Source of the DNA: a virus
Taxonomy: Duplodnaviria; Caudoviricetes
Strand: one strand, 5' to 3'
Length of the DNA stretch: 24,802 nt
IMG/VR virus record: IMGVR_UViG_3300014656_000131
Location: 1-24,802 of that record
Made by a program: the position numbers and the translations under genes. The notes under the pieces were generated by a model. That model saw nothing but the letters and a program-made list of their open reading frames with translations, was not told the origin of the DNA and ran no database searches. Positions 9,193-16,775 of the stretch are shown here, piece by piece; the first letter of the stretch is position 1, and each line of letters opens with the position of its first letter.

Positions 9193-9524
9193 TCACTCCT
9201 CCCTTTCCGCCATCTGCCTGAGCACGCTGTGCTCCAGGGCCCGCAGCTTGGAGAGCAGCCCGGGCGTGACCTCGATGTCCAACACCTCGGCCAGCTTCAA
9301 AGCCGCCGGGAAGTCCAAACCCACCGGCCCCATGCCGCCCATGCGCCACTGGGTGCGGGCATAGCCCCACAACGCCCAGGCCTCGGCATTCTCGGGCAAC
9401 AGGGTGGGGGCTTCGGTGGTCCATTGGCAGTTTGCGCATTGGGCTTTTCCCGCTTTTTCGCACGTCTTGCAGTAGGCTATGCGGTCTGGGTCGGCGCGGT
9501 ATTCCCAGACCTCAACAAGTTTTT
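9193..9524 (-). CDS. Tail assembly chaperone C-terminal extension (gpT-like, DUF1799-like), reached by -1 frameshift
   Basis: The -1 frame opens right after a TGA at the slippery site and reads KKLVEVWEYRADPDRIAYCKTCEKAGKAQCANCQWTTEAPTLLPENAEAWALW...TQWR.G.MG.VGLD; no convincing own start or SD. Confidence 0.8.
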
Positions 9525-9812
9525 TTCAGGCTCCGGCGAACCGTAGGTGTAGGCCAGGGTGACCTGGTAGACGGCCAGCACGTCGTGGTTGCCCATGGCC
9601 TCGAACTCTCCGGCCTCGAACCGCTGCGGGTAGGCCCGCCTGAGCAGCTCGTCCACCTGATCCTGGGGCTCGTAGTCGCCGCCCTGTTCCACGTACTGGC
9701 GCTGGGCCGCCCGCTCCTGGTCCTGCCACTGGGTAAAGGCGCGAGCCTCGGCCCTGGTCAGGGACCGCACGTCAAAGGATTTGCCCGCGTCGGGCAGGGT
9801 CATGGTGTACAT
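9477..9812 (-). CDS. Tail assembly chaperone (gpG-like)
   Basis: Between tube and TMP; ends ...SPEPEKNLLRSG over a slippery heptamer; AAGGAGG SD. Confidence 0.85.
   Translation of the reverse strand: MYTMTLPDAGKSFDVRSLTRAEARAFTQWQDQERAAQRQYVEQGGDYEPQDQVDELLRRAYPQRFEAGEFEAMGNHDVLAVYQVTLAYTYGSPEPEKNLLRSGNTAPTQTA
9519..9525 (-). other. Programmed -1 ribosomal frameshift site A AAA AAC
   Basis: Minus strand CCT GAA AAA AAC TTG fits X XXY YYZ in the chaperone frame; -1 frame is open to 9193. Confidence 0.85.
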
Positions 9813-9821
9813 CCGGCCTCC

Positions 9822-10775
9822 TTACGCTGCGGCGTGCTCGTCGCTGTTGGTCAGGGTAAAGACCACCACGGACTCGTCCGCATGGTCGTGGTGATAGGCC
9901 ACGAACGGCAGCTCCAGGCGAATGCCCTTGGGCCCCTCGATGCCCGGGGTGTTCATCTCGAACTGCAGCTCGTTCACGGCGATCTTCAGGATGCTGCTGG
10001 TCCCGCCGGTGATCGTGACCTCCAGGCTGCTTTCCGTGGAATTCACGGCCTTGGTCAGCAGGGTCAGATCCTCGAACAGGAACACCGCGCGCCCGGTGAC
10101 GGCCAGCTGCCCCTCGGGGATGTCGCCGCGGATGCCGCCAGTGGCGATGACGCTCTGGTCCGTGTCCAGGCCGAAGTTGATATCCATATCCAAAGACACG
10201 CAGTTGGCCACGCTGACCCCGCCTTCCTTCAGGGCGGCCTGGAAGTTGTTCAACCTGGCCATGGACACCTTGGTGGCGGCGGCGTGATAGGCGACGGAGC
10301 CCACTGTCTCCTTGGCCCCTTCCACGCTCATCTCGGCCAGCAGCTCGCCGTCACCGCCGAACTTCAGCCCCAGGCTGGCGATGCGGCAGCCGTTCTTCTT
10401 GGAGTAGCTGGGCGTGCTGGTGCCGTACTGGGTCTCCAGCACCAGGCTGGGCATGTCGTCGCCCACGGCAAAGACATGCACGTAGGGGCCTGTGCCCGTG
10501 GTCGCCGGGTCCCCGAACATGGCCCTCAGCCAGTACCAGAAGGCCCTGGAATCGACGGGCACGGTCAGCCCGCCGGCCACGGAGGTGTTGCCGTCAAAGG
10601 GCTGGGCCGGGTTGCGGCTGCCGGTGATGGTCGCCGGGCTGTTCTTGGCCCGCGAGCCCTTCACCGTGCAGGTGTTGATGGGCATCAACAGCCCTGCCGG
10701 GGTGCCGGGGTCCTGTCCGAAGGTCGTCTCGAAATCCAACAGCAGCTTGCTTTTGTAGCCTCGGGCCTGTGCCAT
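9822..10775 (-). CDS. Major tail tube protein
   Basis: 317 aa, beta-rich, E..FG..P N-terminus and G.GPY.H.F motif; position between terminator and chaperone; AGGAGAG SD. Confidence 0.85.
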   Translation of the reverse strand: MAQARGYKSKLLLDFETTFGQDPGTPAGLLMPINTCTVKGSRAKNSPATITGSRNPAQPFDGNTSVAGGLTVPVDSRAFWYWLRAMFGDPATTGTGPYVHVFAVGDDMPSLVLETQYGTSTPSYSKKNGCRIASLGLKFGGDGELLAEMSVEGAKETVGSVAYHAAATKVSMARLNNFQAALKEGGVSVANCVSLDMDINFGLDTDQSVIATGGIRGDIPEGQLAVTGRAVFLFEDLTLLTKAVNSTESSLEVTITGGTSSILKIAVNELQFEMNTPGIEGPKGIRLELPFVAYHHDHADESVVVFTLTNSDEHAAA

Positions 10776-10783
10776 GTCTCCTC

Positions 10784-11263
10784 CTACCAGGTACGGTCGC
10801 CGTCAGAGACGACCTCGGTTGCGGTTGTGATGCTCAGATACTTGATCACCAGGGGGTAGAAATCGTCGATCAGCTCCCCCTGGACCCGCTGCGGGAACCA
10901 GTCCGTCCCGGCCAGGCAGTTCAGGGCCAGGGCCGCCAGATGCTCGGCCTGGGTCTTGGCGGCGTAGGTGATCAGCCGGTCGTCGTCACCACTCTGGCCA
11001 CGTCCACCCTGCTCGGAGTAGACCCCCACCCGCAGTTCCAGGGAGTAGGAGAACTCTTCCGAGAACAGACCCGTGTCGTCGGCCTCGGGATCGATGACGA
11101 TCAACGGACAGTCGCCCTTGCCCGGGCGGTTGCGCGGGTCCATGCCGTCCAAGATCGTGGGGCGCTTGCCAAAGGTCGTTTCGCACCAGGCGTTGATGGC
11201 CGCATCGGTAAGGAGCGCAGCCGCCCACGCGGCGGAAATATCAGTCAGCTTCGGGATCTGCAT
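10784..11263 (-). CDS. Putative tail terminator (gpU-position)
   Basis: Acidic 159-aa protein immediately before the tube gene; call is positional. Confidence 0.6.
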   Translation of the reverse strand: MQIPKLTDISAAWAAALLTDAAINAWCETTFGKRPTILDGMDPRNRPGKGDCPLIVIDPEADDTGLFSEEFSYSLELRVGVYSEQGGRGQSGDDDRLITYAAKTQAEHLAALALNCLAGTDWFPQRVQGELIDDFYPLVIKYLSITTATEVVSDGDRTW

Positions 11264-11462
11264 CTGCTTCTCCAGCCATCACGGCTTCGCCTTCGACATC
11301 GATCTCGACCATGTGGCTCATCACGAGAATAATCTCCTGCCCGTCTGGTGTTAGGCGGACGTGCGCCTCCTTGACCCCGTCCACGATCTCGCCCGTGGCG
11401 GTGTTGACAACCTTGTTCATGAAGCGGTTGCCTTCCTTCTTTGAAATCACTTTGACTTTCAT
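11241..11462 (-). CDS. Hypothetical 73-aa phage protein
   Basis: AGGAGG SD, coding-like codon usage, fills the gap in the neck operon. Confidence 0.7.
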   Translation of the reverse strand: MKVKVISKKEGNRFMNKVVNTATGEIVDGVKEAHVRLTPDGQEIILVMSHMVEIDVEGEAVMAGEADADPEAD

Positions 11463-11471
11463 GCGGTCCTC

Positions 11472-12245
11472 CTACCTCGAAAAATTCTTGTACACGTAGG
11501 CCGTGGCCTGGGTGGAAGACAGGCCCTTGATGTAGGCATGGATGCGCAGCTCCATGCGGGTCAGCATCTCGCCGCGCTTGCGCTCGAACAACGGGCGCAC
11601 CAAAGGCTTGGGCGCGGCATCGAGAACCGTGGTGGACTTGGAGATGGGCACCCCGGCCGCCCAGAACATGCGGCGCATCTTGGGGGTCACGGGCTGGCGG
11701 CGCATGAACGGCCAGCGCAGCTTCGCCCCCAGCAGGCCCCCTTGCAGCATCCGGGCGTAGGCCGCCGACGAATCCAGAAAGCCCACCTGCAGCTGCATCT
11801 TGTTGGGCTCATAGCGGTAGGCCACGCCGCCCTTGCCGTGCAGCCTGCCGGATCCGAAACCCTCCACGCGACCGATGCGCGATCCACGCCTGGTCAGCGG
11901 GGAACTGGAGCCCAGCGCGGCTGATAGACTTCCGGCCTCGTGGGTGGCGTCGCTTTTCCATTTTGACTTGAACTGACTGCGGCGCAGGCGGTCAAAGGGC
12001 CGGTACTGCGAGACCTTGGACCGCTCCCCCCAGTGTCGGCCCACTGTGCGCCCGCCCGAGCGCATGGCCCGGCCATGCTCCGCCTTGAGCCAGTAGCCCA
12101 GGCTGCGCAGGGCCCGGCCAAACTCCTTGGGGAAGGTCCTGGCCCAGGCGGCCATGAACGGCCCGGCCTGGTCCTCGATGCGGATCAGGCTGCCGTCCGT
12201 GCTGCCGGGCAGCTTGGAGGAAAGGGAAGGGCTTACCAGGGTCAT
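11472..12245 (-). CDS. Putative tail completion/neck protein (gpZ-position), basic, 257 aa
   Basis: ATG 12245 forms an ATGA overlap with the upstream stop; Arg/Lys-rich; RP/KP-type C-terminal motif (PKPLVRPLF); call is positional. Confidence 0.6.
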   Translation of the reverse strand: MTLVSPSLSSKLPGSTDGSLIRIEDQAGPFMAAWARTFPKEFGRALRSLGYWLKAEHGRAMRSGGRTVGRHWGERSKVSQYRPFDRLRRSQFKSKWKSDATHEAGSLSAALGSSSPLTRRGSRIGRVEGFGSGRLHGKGGVAYRYEPNKMQLQVGFLDSSAAYARMLQGGLLGAKLRWPFMRRQPVTPKMRRMFWAAGVPISKSTTVLDAAPKPLVRPLFERKRGEMLTRMELRIHAYIKGLSSTQATAYVYKNFSR

Positions 12246-12604
12246 TTCAGCCCCCGCTCGTCCGTGCTGCACCAGAGCCGGAACATGGCCCCGCACATGA
12301 CTGGTCGCACTTGGCGCACGGTCCAGGCCTCGCCATCCAGGGCCACGGTGTCCGCGTCCTTTGCCGGGCGGGCGGCCAGGTCGTCCACATGCACCAGCAA
12401 CACGATCCAGCGGCCCTGGGCATAGCCGAATTCCGGCGACAGACCCGTGGGCGCGGCCCCGGCCAGATCGGCCCCCAACTCGGACACGATCACGGATACG
12501 GCAGCCCCCGTCCCACCCGACGGCGCGTAGCTCGCGGGCTGCCCCAGGTCACTCAGGATGGCCCGGGCGTCGGTCTTGAAGACCTCCAGCATGGGATGCG
12601 CCAT
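12242..12604 (-). CDS. Head-tail joining/head closure protein (gpFII-like)
   Basis: 120 aa, D.G..A.Y.P N-terminus and P...D.V.LDG..W.V..V C-terminus typical of FII-like proteins. Confidence 0.72.
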   Translation of the reverse strand: MAHPMLEVFKTDARAILSDLGQPASYAPSGGTGAAVSVIVSELGADLAGAAPTGLSPEFGYAQGRWIVLLVHVDDLAARPAKDADTVALDGEAWTVRQVRPVMCGAMFRLWCSTDERGLK

Positions 12605-13246
12605 CTACTTTCCGCCTCCAGGCTTCAGGTTCCCGTCGTCCAGGCGGGTCAGGAACTTGGCCATGCGCCTGTCGGCAAACCACCAGGTCACGCTGGACAC
12701 GGTCAAATAGACCACGATGGAGACCACCTTCCAGAAGATCTCAAAGGCGTCCACGGGCGTCAGGGTGCTCATGCTGGCCTTTTGCACGATCTGCCAGGCC
12801 ATCCAGGTCACCCAGGTGGTGCAGCCCACCAGATAGAAGGTCAGGGCCGGGCGGGTGAAGCCCTTCAGGATGTCGATGAACCCGAAGCCCAGGCACAGCA
12901 GCAGCCCGGCGGGCACGGTCAGAAAGTTCAGCTTGCCCTCGTGCCCCAGCAGGGCGTCCATGTAGCGCTCCCCGAACAGGTTCTTGCCCGCCTCGCGCTG
13001 ACTTATCTGGTAGGCCTCGGCGTCCGCCAGCTGCAGCTCGCCCTCGGTCTTGACCTCGGCCACCCGGATGTTGGCCTCGGTCTCGGCGATCATGGCCGTG
13101 GTCTCGGCCTCCACCATCCGGATCTCGTGCTCGCGATCCTGAGCCCGGGCCTCATTCTTGAGCTTCTGCATCTTGTAGTTGGTCACGGCGGTAACGATGG
13201 GCCCCACCAGGCCCGTGAACACCCCGAGAAATCCCTCAAGCAACAT
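12605..13246 (-). CDS. Holin-like membrane protein (GTA 3TM holin-like)
   Basis: N-terminal amphipathic segment, coiled coil, then RPALTFYL and TM helices ending WWFADR; adjacent to the putative lysin. Confidence 0.68.
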   Translation of the reverse strand: MLLEGFLGVFTGLVGPIVTAVTNYKMQKLKNEARAQDREHEIRMVEAETTAMIAETEANIRVAEVKTEGELQLADAEAYQISQREAGKNLFGERYMDALLGHEGKLNFLTVPAGLLLCLGFGFIDILKGFTRPALTFYLVGCTTWVTWMAWQIVQKASMSTLTPVDAFEIFWKVVSIVVYLTVSSVTWWFADRRMAKFLTRLDDGNLKPGGGK

Positions 13247-13673
13247 TGGCGAATCCTCCGCTGACGATCAGTTGAAATTCCTGGCCCCCCAGGGCGTCCA
13301 CAAGACGGCGCACCGCCGGGCGGGAACTCAGCACCGCGCGCTGGCCCTGGGCCACCCCGCGCGCCAGGCCCAGCAGGATGCAGCCGTGGGAGTTGGTGCG
13401 CAGGCCCTTGGTGCTGTCCCCGGCCCAGTTCCCGGCGTGCATCAGGATGTAGCTGCGCCCGGCCACCTCCATCACGTGGTAGGTCCGGCCAAAGCGCTGG
13501 GACTGCCGGATACGGCAGGGGTAGGTCCCGTCCGGGATGCAGGAAAGATTGCTGGCGTTGCCCCGCCAGGGCAGTTCCATGGTGAACAGGGCCAGGCCCA
13601 GGGCGGGGATCTTCAGCTGGCCCTCGGTGCCCTGGTCGCCCGTGCGCTGGCGGATGAGTTGCGCGGTCAGCAT
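13236..13673 (-). CDS. DUF5675-family protein, putative endolysin (YkuD/L,D-transpeptidase-like motif), 145 aa
   Basis: Start MLTAQL at ATG 13673 with GGGAGG SD; motifs TMELPW..N..N.SCIP.G.Y, S.RFG, GRSYILMHAGN, SHGCILLG. Confidence 0.82.
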   Translation of the reverse strand: MLTAQLIRQRTGDQGTEGQLKIPALGLALFTMELPWRGNASNLSCIPDGTYPCRIRQSQRFGRTYHVMEVAGRSYILMHAGNWAGDSTKGLRTNSHGCILLGLARGVAQGQRAVLSSRPAVRRLVDALGGQEFQLIVSGGFANVA

Positions 13674-13849
13674 TTGCGCCTCCCGTAGAGCAAGGGCCGG
13701 GTCACGTGATCGTAGACCGCAGCCACCCTGTCCGCCGCCCGGTGAAGCCACGCCCCCAGGGATTGGACCCTGTCGGCCAGGCCGTGCAGCCGACAACGGA
13801 CGTGCTGCCCGTTCAAATGGTGCTGCAGCCAGGAACGCACGCGGCCCAT
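13667..13849 (-). CDS. Small cationic hypothetical protein (60 aa) in the lysis block
   Basis: Starts 1 nt after the upstream stop with a GAGGGAGGG SD; stop overlaps the DUF5675 start. Confidence 0.65.
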   Translation of the reverse strand: MGRVRSWLQHHLNGQHVRCRLHGLADRVQSLGAWLHRAADRVAAVYDHVTRPLLYGRRKC

Positions 13850-13850
13850 G

Positions 13851-14111
13851 TCAGTTCCCTCCCTCGTTCAGCAGCTTGGCCTTTTCCTCGGTGGGGATGT
13901 CGCTGCTGTAGGTGATCAGAGCCTTGAGCAGGGAGAACTGCTTGGAGTCGCGCTTGTCCGCGTCGTCCAGGCGCTTGTCGACCACGGTGTGGCGCTCGCG
14001 GCACTGCTCGCAGGACACGAATCTGAGGCGCGTGGCCTGGTGCACCACAATGGCCACCACGCCGGACACCAGGGCCCCTCCCATCACGATCTCCGCAGGC
14101 GTCAGTTCCAC
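13851..14111 (-). CDS. Small membrane protein, holin/antiholin-like (1 TM + CxxC + coiled coil)
   Basis: TM IVMGGALVSGVVAIVV, then FVSCEQCRERH and a helical tail; first gene of the lysis block; GTG start. Confidence 0.6.
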   Translation of the reverse strand: MELTPAEIVMGGALVSGVVAIVVHQATRLRFVSCEQCRERHTVVDKRLDDADKRDSKQFSLLKALITYSSDIPTEEKAKLLNEGGN

Positions 14112-14137
14112 ATCCGTGTCCCCCGGGGTTGCAGGAT

Positions 14138-14159
14138 GCCCGGGCCTGGGGGCCCGGGC
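14138..14159. repeat. GC-rich stem-loop after the DUF2190 gene
   Basis: GCCCGGGCC-TGGG-GGCCCGGGC, perfect 9-bp stem, no U-tract. Confidence 0.6.
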
Positions 14160-14167
14160 CTTGGCTG

Positions 14168-14509
14168 TTAAGCGTTGAAGTTCAGTTTCACCAGGCAGCT
14201 GGTATCCTCGGCCGCGGCCGCGACAAAGAAGGTGCCCACCAGGGTGTTACCGCTGGCCACGGTGCTCATCTCCCCCGAGGACGCCACGAAATAGGCCTTG
14301 GCCCCCTGGCTGGCCACGATGGTCGCAGCCTTGGGCAGCTCGTACACGCCCTGGGTGTCCAGTTCTCCGGTTTCGCCCACGGGGATCTCGCCCTGGGCCA
14401 CGCCCAGGACTGCCCCCACCAGCACGGGCTGGCCCGAGGCGATGGCCGCGCCCGTGGCGTTGGCATAGGGCATCATCCGCCCGTCAACGTAGATTCGATT
14501 GGTCGCCAT
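14168..14509 (-). CDS. DUF2190-family capsid-associated (cement/decoration-like) protein
   Basis: MATN.IY.DG...IASG.PV.VG...GVA..EI..GETG.L.T.GVYELPK; follows the capsid gene; AAGGAGG SD. Confidence 0.88.
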   Translation of the reverse strand: MATNRIYVDGRMMPYANATGAAIASGQPVLVGAVLGVAQGEIPVGETGELDTQGVYELPKAATIVASQGAKAYFVASSGEMSTVASGNTLVGTFFVAAAAEDTSCLVKLNFNA

Positions 14510-14529
14510 GGTTCCTCCTTCAAGGGCTG

Positions 14530-14554
14530 GCCCGGCGGGGGATTCCCGCCGGGC
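14530..14554. repeat. GC-rich stem-loop after the capsid gene
   Basis: GCCCGGCGGG-GGATT-CCCGCCGGGC, perfect 10-bp stem, no U-tract. Confidence 0.65.
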
Positions 14555-14567
14555 GTTGGGCTCAGGG

Positions 14568-16775
14568 TTACTCGGCCGGGACCTTGTACAGGCCGCGGAA
14601 GTCCATCACCCCGCAGCCGAAGTCATGGGTGATCTCGTAGCCGATGCCGTTGCGGCCAAACACGTCCTGGTCGCGCACCCGGGGCTGTTCCACCCCGTCC
14701 AGATACGCGGCCTCGATGGTGTCGCCCTGGGTGGGGTCGCAGGCCAGGTACCAGGCCAGGCCCGACTTGGCGTCCAGCCTGGGGTCGGACACAGGGGTCA
14801 GCTTGGCGGCAAAGGGGTTGTGGGTGCCTGCGGGCTTGTTGTCCTCGGGCAGGGTGCTGGAGCGCAGGATGATCTCGGTCTCGGTCTCGTAGTCCACGGG
14901 CACGATGATGAACCTGGGCGTCAGGTCCAGGATCTCCTGGCCGCTGATGTCCCTTTGCTTGCGCATGGCCGCGCGCGCGGCCTTCAGGCTGTCCTTGTCC
15001 GGGGCGGCCGCGGCGCTGGCCAGGTTGCCGTGGTCCGAGTGGAACAGGGCCTTGCCGTCGTTCATCACCGGGCCCCCGCACAACAGGTCATAGACCATGT
15101 CCGCTTCCAGTCGCCTGGCCGCCGCGCCAAACAGCACGGGCATGCGCGAAAAGGCCCGCAGATCGTCGTTGATGAACATCTCGCGCGACAGATAGACCAC
15201 CTTGCCGTGGGACAGCAGGCGATAGGACTCCCCGCTGTCCGAGAACACGCCTTCCTTGTACTCGCCGTTCTCGCGCACCAGCTCCAGCTTGGGCGCGGCC
15301 GACAGCTGCACCCCGTGCATGGGCCGGAAATCCGTGGCCGAGCTCACATTGACCCAGGCCCTCCAGGTGGCCGGGGCGGCCAGATAGGCCCCCAGCAGGC
15401 GCTTGTGGGTCACGTCGCGGAAGATGGACGGGAAGTCGCTGCTGTGCTGGGCCAGGGTGGCCCGGCCCAGTTCCCGCCACAGCTGGTCGCGGCCCATGCG
15501 CAGCACGCCCTTGATTCCTGCCTGGTGCAGGCTCTCGCGGGCCAGACCGGCCAGGGACAGGCCGCGCAGCTCCTCGGCCCCTGGCGCGGGCCGCTCCAGG
15601 GCCATGCCGCAGCGCATCAGCTGCGCGTCCACGGCCGCAGCCCGGAACTTGTCCGCGTGGCTGGGGCCTTGTTCCAGCTGACCCAGGCGGGTCCCGGCTC
15701 CAAAGGGCTGGTGGGCAGGTCGGCTGGCCGCCTGCTGGAACAGGGCCTGGTTCACGGCCTTGAAATCCGCCTGGGGCCCGGCCTGGGCAATGGCCTGGCT
15801 GACCTCGCCCCGCGACAGGCCCAGGCCCTCGCCATTGGCGTGCAACAGGTCCACATCCCCGGCGCTGAGCAGGGCCTGCGGGCCAGGGGCCCCGGGGTCC
15901 TGGCCCCCGGTCCCGGCCAGTTGGCCCTGGCTGTCCTTGAGCAGGGCGGTTTCCTCGTCATCCAGGGGCTTGTCCGGCTCCTTGAGCTGCACCGTGTCCA
16001 GGTCCAGCCCGGCCAAAAAGGCCTTGGCCTGCTCGTCGCTGGCGTCGGCGGACAGGCCCAGGCGCACCAACAGCGCCTTCAGTCGCTTGTTCATCTCGTC
16101 CTCCTGTGGGTTGCGGTTCCCGGTGCCGTCCGCCGACATGGCGATGGCAGCCGTCTCGTTGTCAGCCCCAAAGGGCAGAATGCTGGTTTCAAAGACCTCG
16201 GCCTGGCGCCAGATGCTCAAGGGCCCGACCTCGCTGCGGCCGTTGATCCGGGCCTCCTCCCCGGGGCCCAGCTCCTCCTGGCGCAACATGCGCACCCCCA
16301 GGCTGGCCTGAAAGGGAAAGCCCTCGTCGGCCAGATCCTGGACCTGGCGCGAGGCCGGGGTCACGGCGCTGAAGGCCCCGAACACCCCGAACCCGGCCCC
16401 TGTGGTGTCGGCCTTGTCGATGACCCCCACGATCTCGTCCCGCTCCTGGGCGTTGTGGTGGTACAGGCAGGGCACCTTGTCCCGGCTCAGGGCCAGGCCC
16501 GCCAGGTCGATGACGAACTCCCCGAACCAGGTCCGCACCCGCTTGCCCGTGTAGGCCAGGATGGAGAACCTCCGGGGCCCGTCCCCAGGGGCCTCCCCGG
16601 CCAGGTGCACGGCCGCGCTCAGGTGGGCGCAGCCCGTCTCGCCCGTCTCCAGGTGGGCCTGGTTCCAGGCCCTACTGGCCAGGGCCAGGGCCTGCTCCTC
16701 GCTCTCGCCTCGGGCCATGAGCTCGCGCACCTTGCGCCGCAGAAAGTCCTGCTTGGATTCGTGGGGTCTGGGCAT
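14568..16775 (-). CDS. Prohead protease / scaffold / major capsid fusion (HK97 fold, Mu gpT-like C-terminal domain)
   Basis: Protease motifs AYTG, VIDLAGL, P.LYHH, GFPFQASLG, ETSILPFGAD; capsid motifs HSSDFPSI, E.GEYK, SREM.INDDL.AF, LF..DHGNL, IEAAYLDG.E.P, DFG.G..DFRGLYK. Confidence 0.93.
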   Translation of the reverse strand: MPRPHESKQDFLRRKVRELMARGESEEQALALASRAWNQAHLETGETGCAHLSAAVHLAGEAPGDGPRRFSILAYTGKRVRTWFGEFVIDLAGLALSRDKVPCLYHHNAQERDEIVGVIDKADTTGAGFGVFGAFSAVTPASRQVQDLADEGFPFQASLGVRMLRQEELGPGEEARINGRSEVGPLSIWRQAEVFETSILPFGADNETAAIAMSADGTGNRNPQEDEMNKRLKALLVRLGLSADASDEQAKAFLAGLDLDTVQLKEPDKPLDDEETALLKDSQGQLAGTGGQDPGAPGPQALLSAGDVDLLHANGEGLGLSRGEVSQAIAQAGPQADFKAVNQALFQQAASRPAHQPFGAGTRLGQLEQGPSHADKFRAAAVDAQLMRCGMALERPAPGAEELRGLSLAGLARESLHQAGIKGVLRMGRDQLWRELGRATLAQHSSDFPSIFRDVTHKRLLGAYLAAPATWRAWVNVSSATDFRPMHGVQLSAAPKLELVRENGEYKEGVFSDSGESYRLLSHGKVVYLSREMFINDDLRAFSRMPVLFGAAARRLEADMVYDLLCGGPVMNDGKALFHSDHGNLASAAAAPDKDSLKAARAAMRKQRDISGQEILDLTPRFIIVPVDYETETEIILRSSTLPEDNKPAGTHNPFAAKLTPVSDPRLDAKSGLAWYLACDPTQGDTIEAAYLDGVEQPRVRDQDVFGRNGIGYEITHDFGCGVMDFRGLYKVPAE

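Noticed and set aside
8837-9463. 208-aa minus-strand ORF bridging the chaperone and TMP genes
   Set aside because: Wrong frame for the -1 shift, unnatural sequence, and it overlaps two better-supported genes
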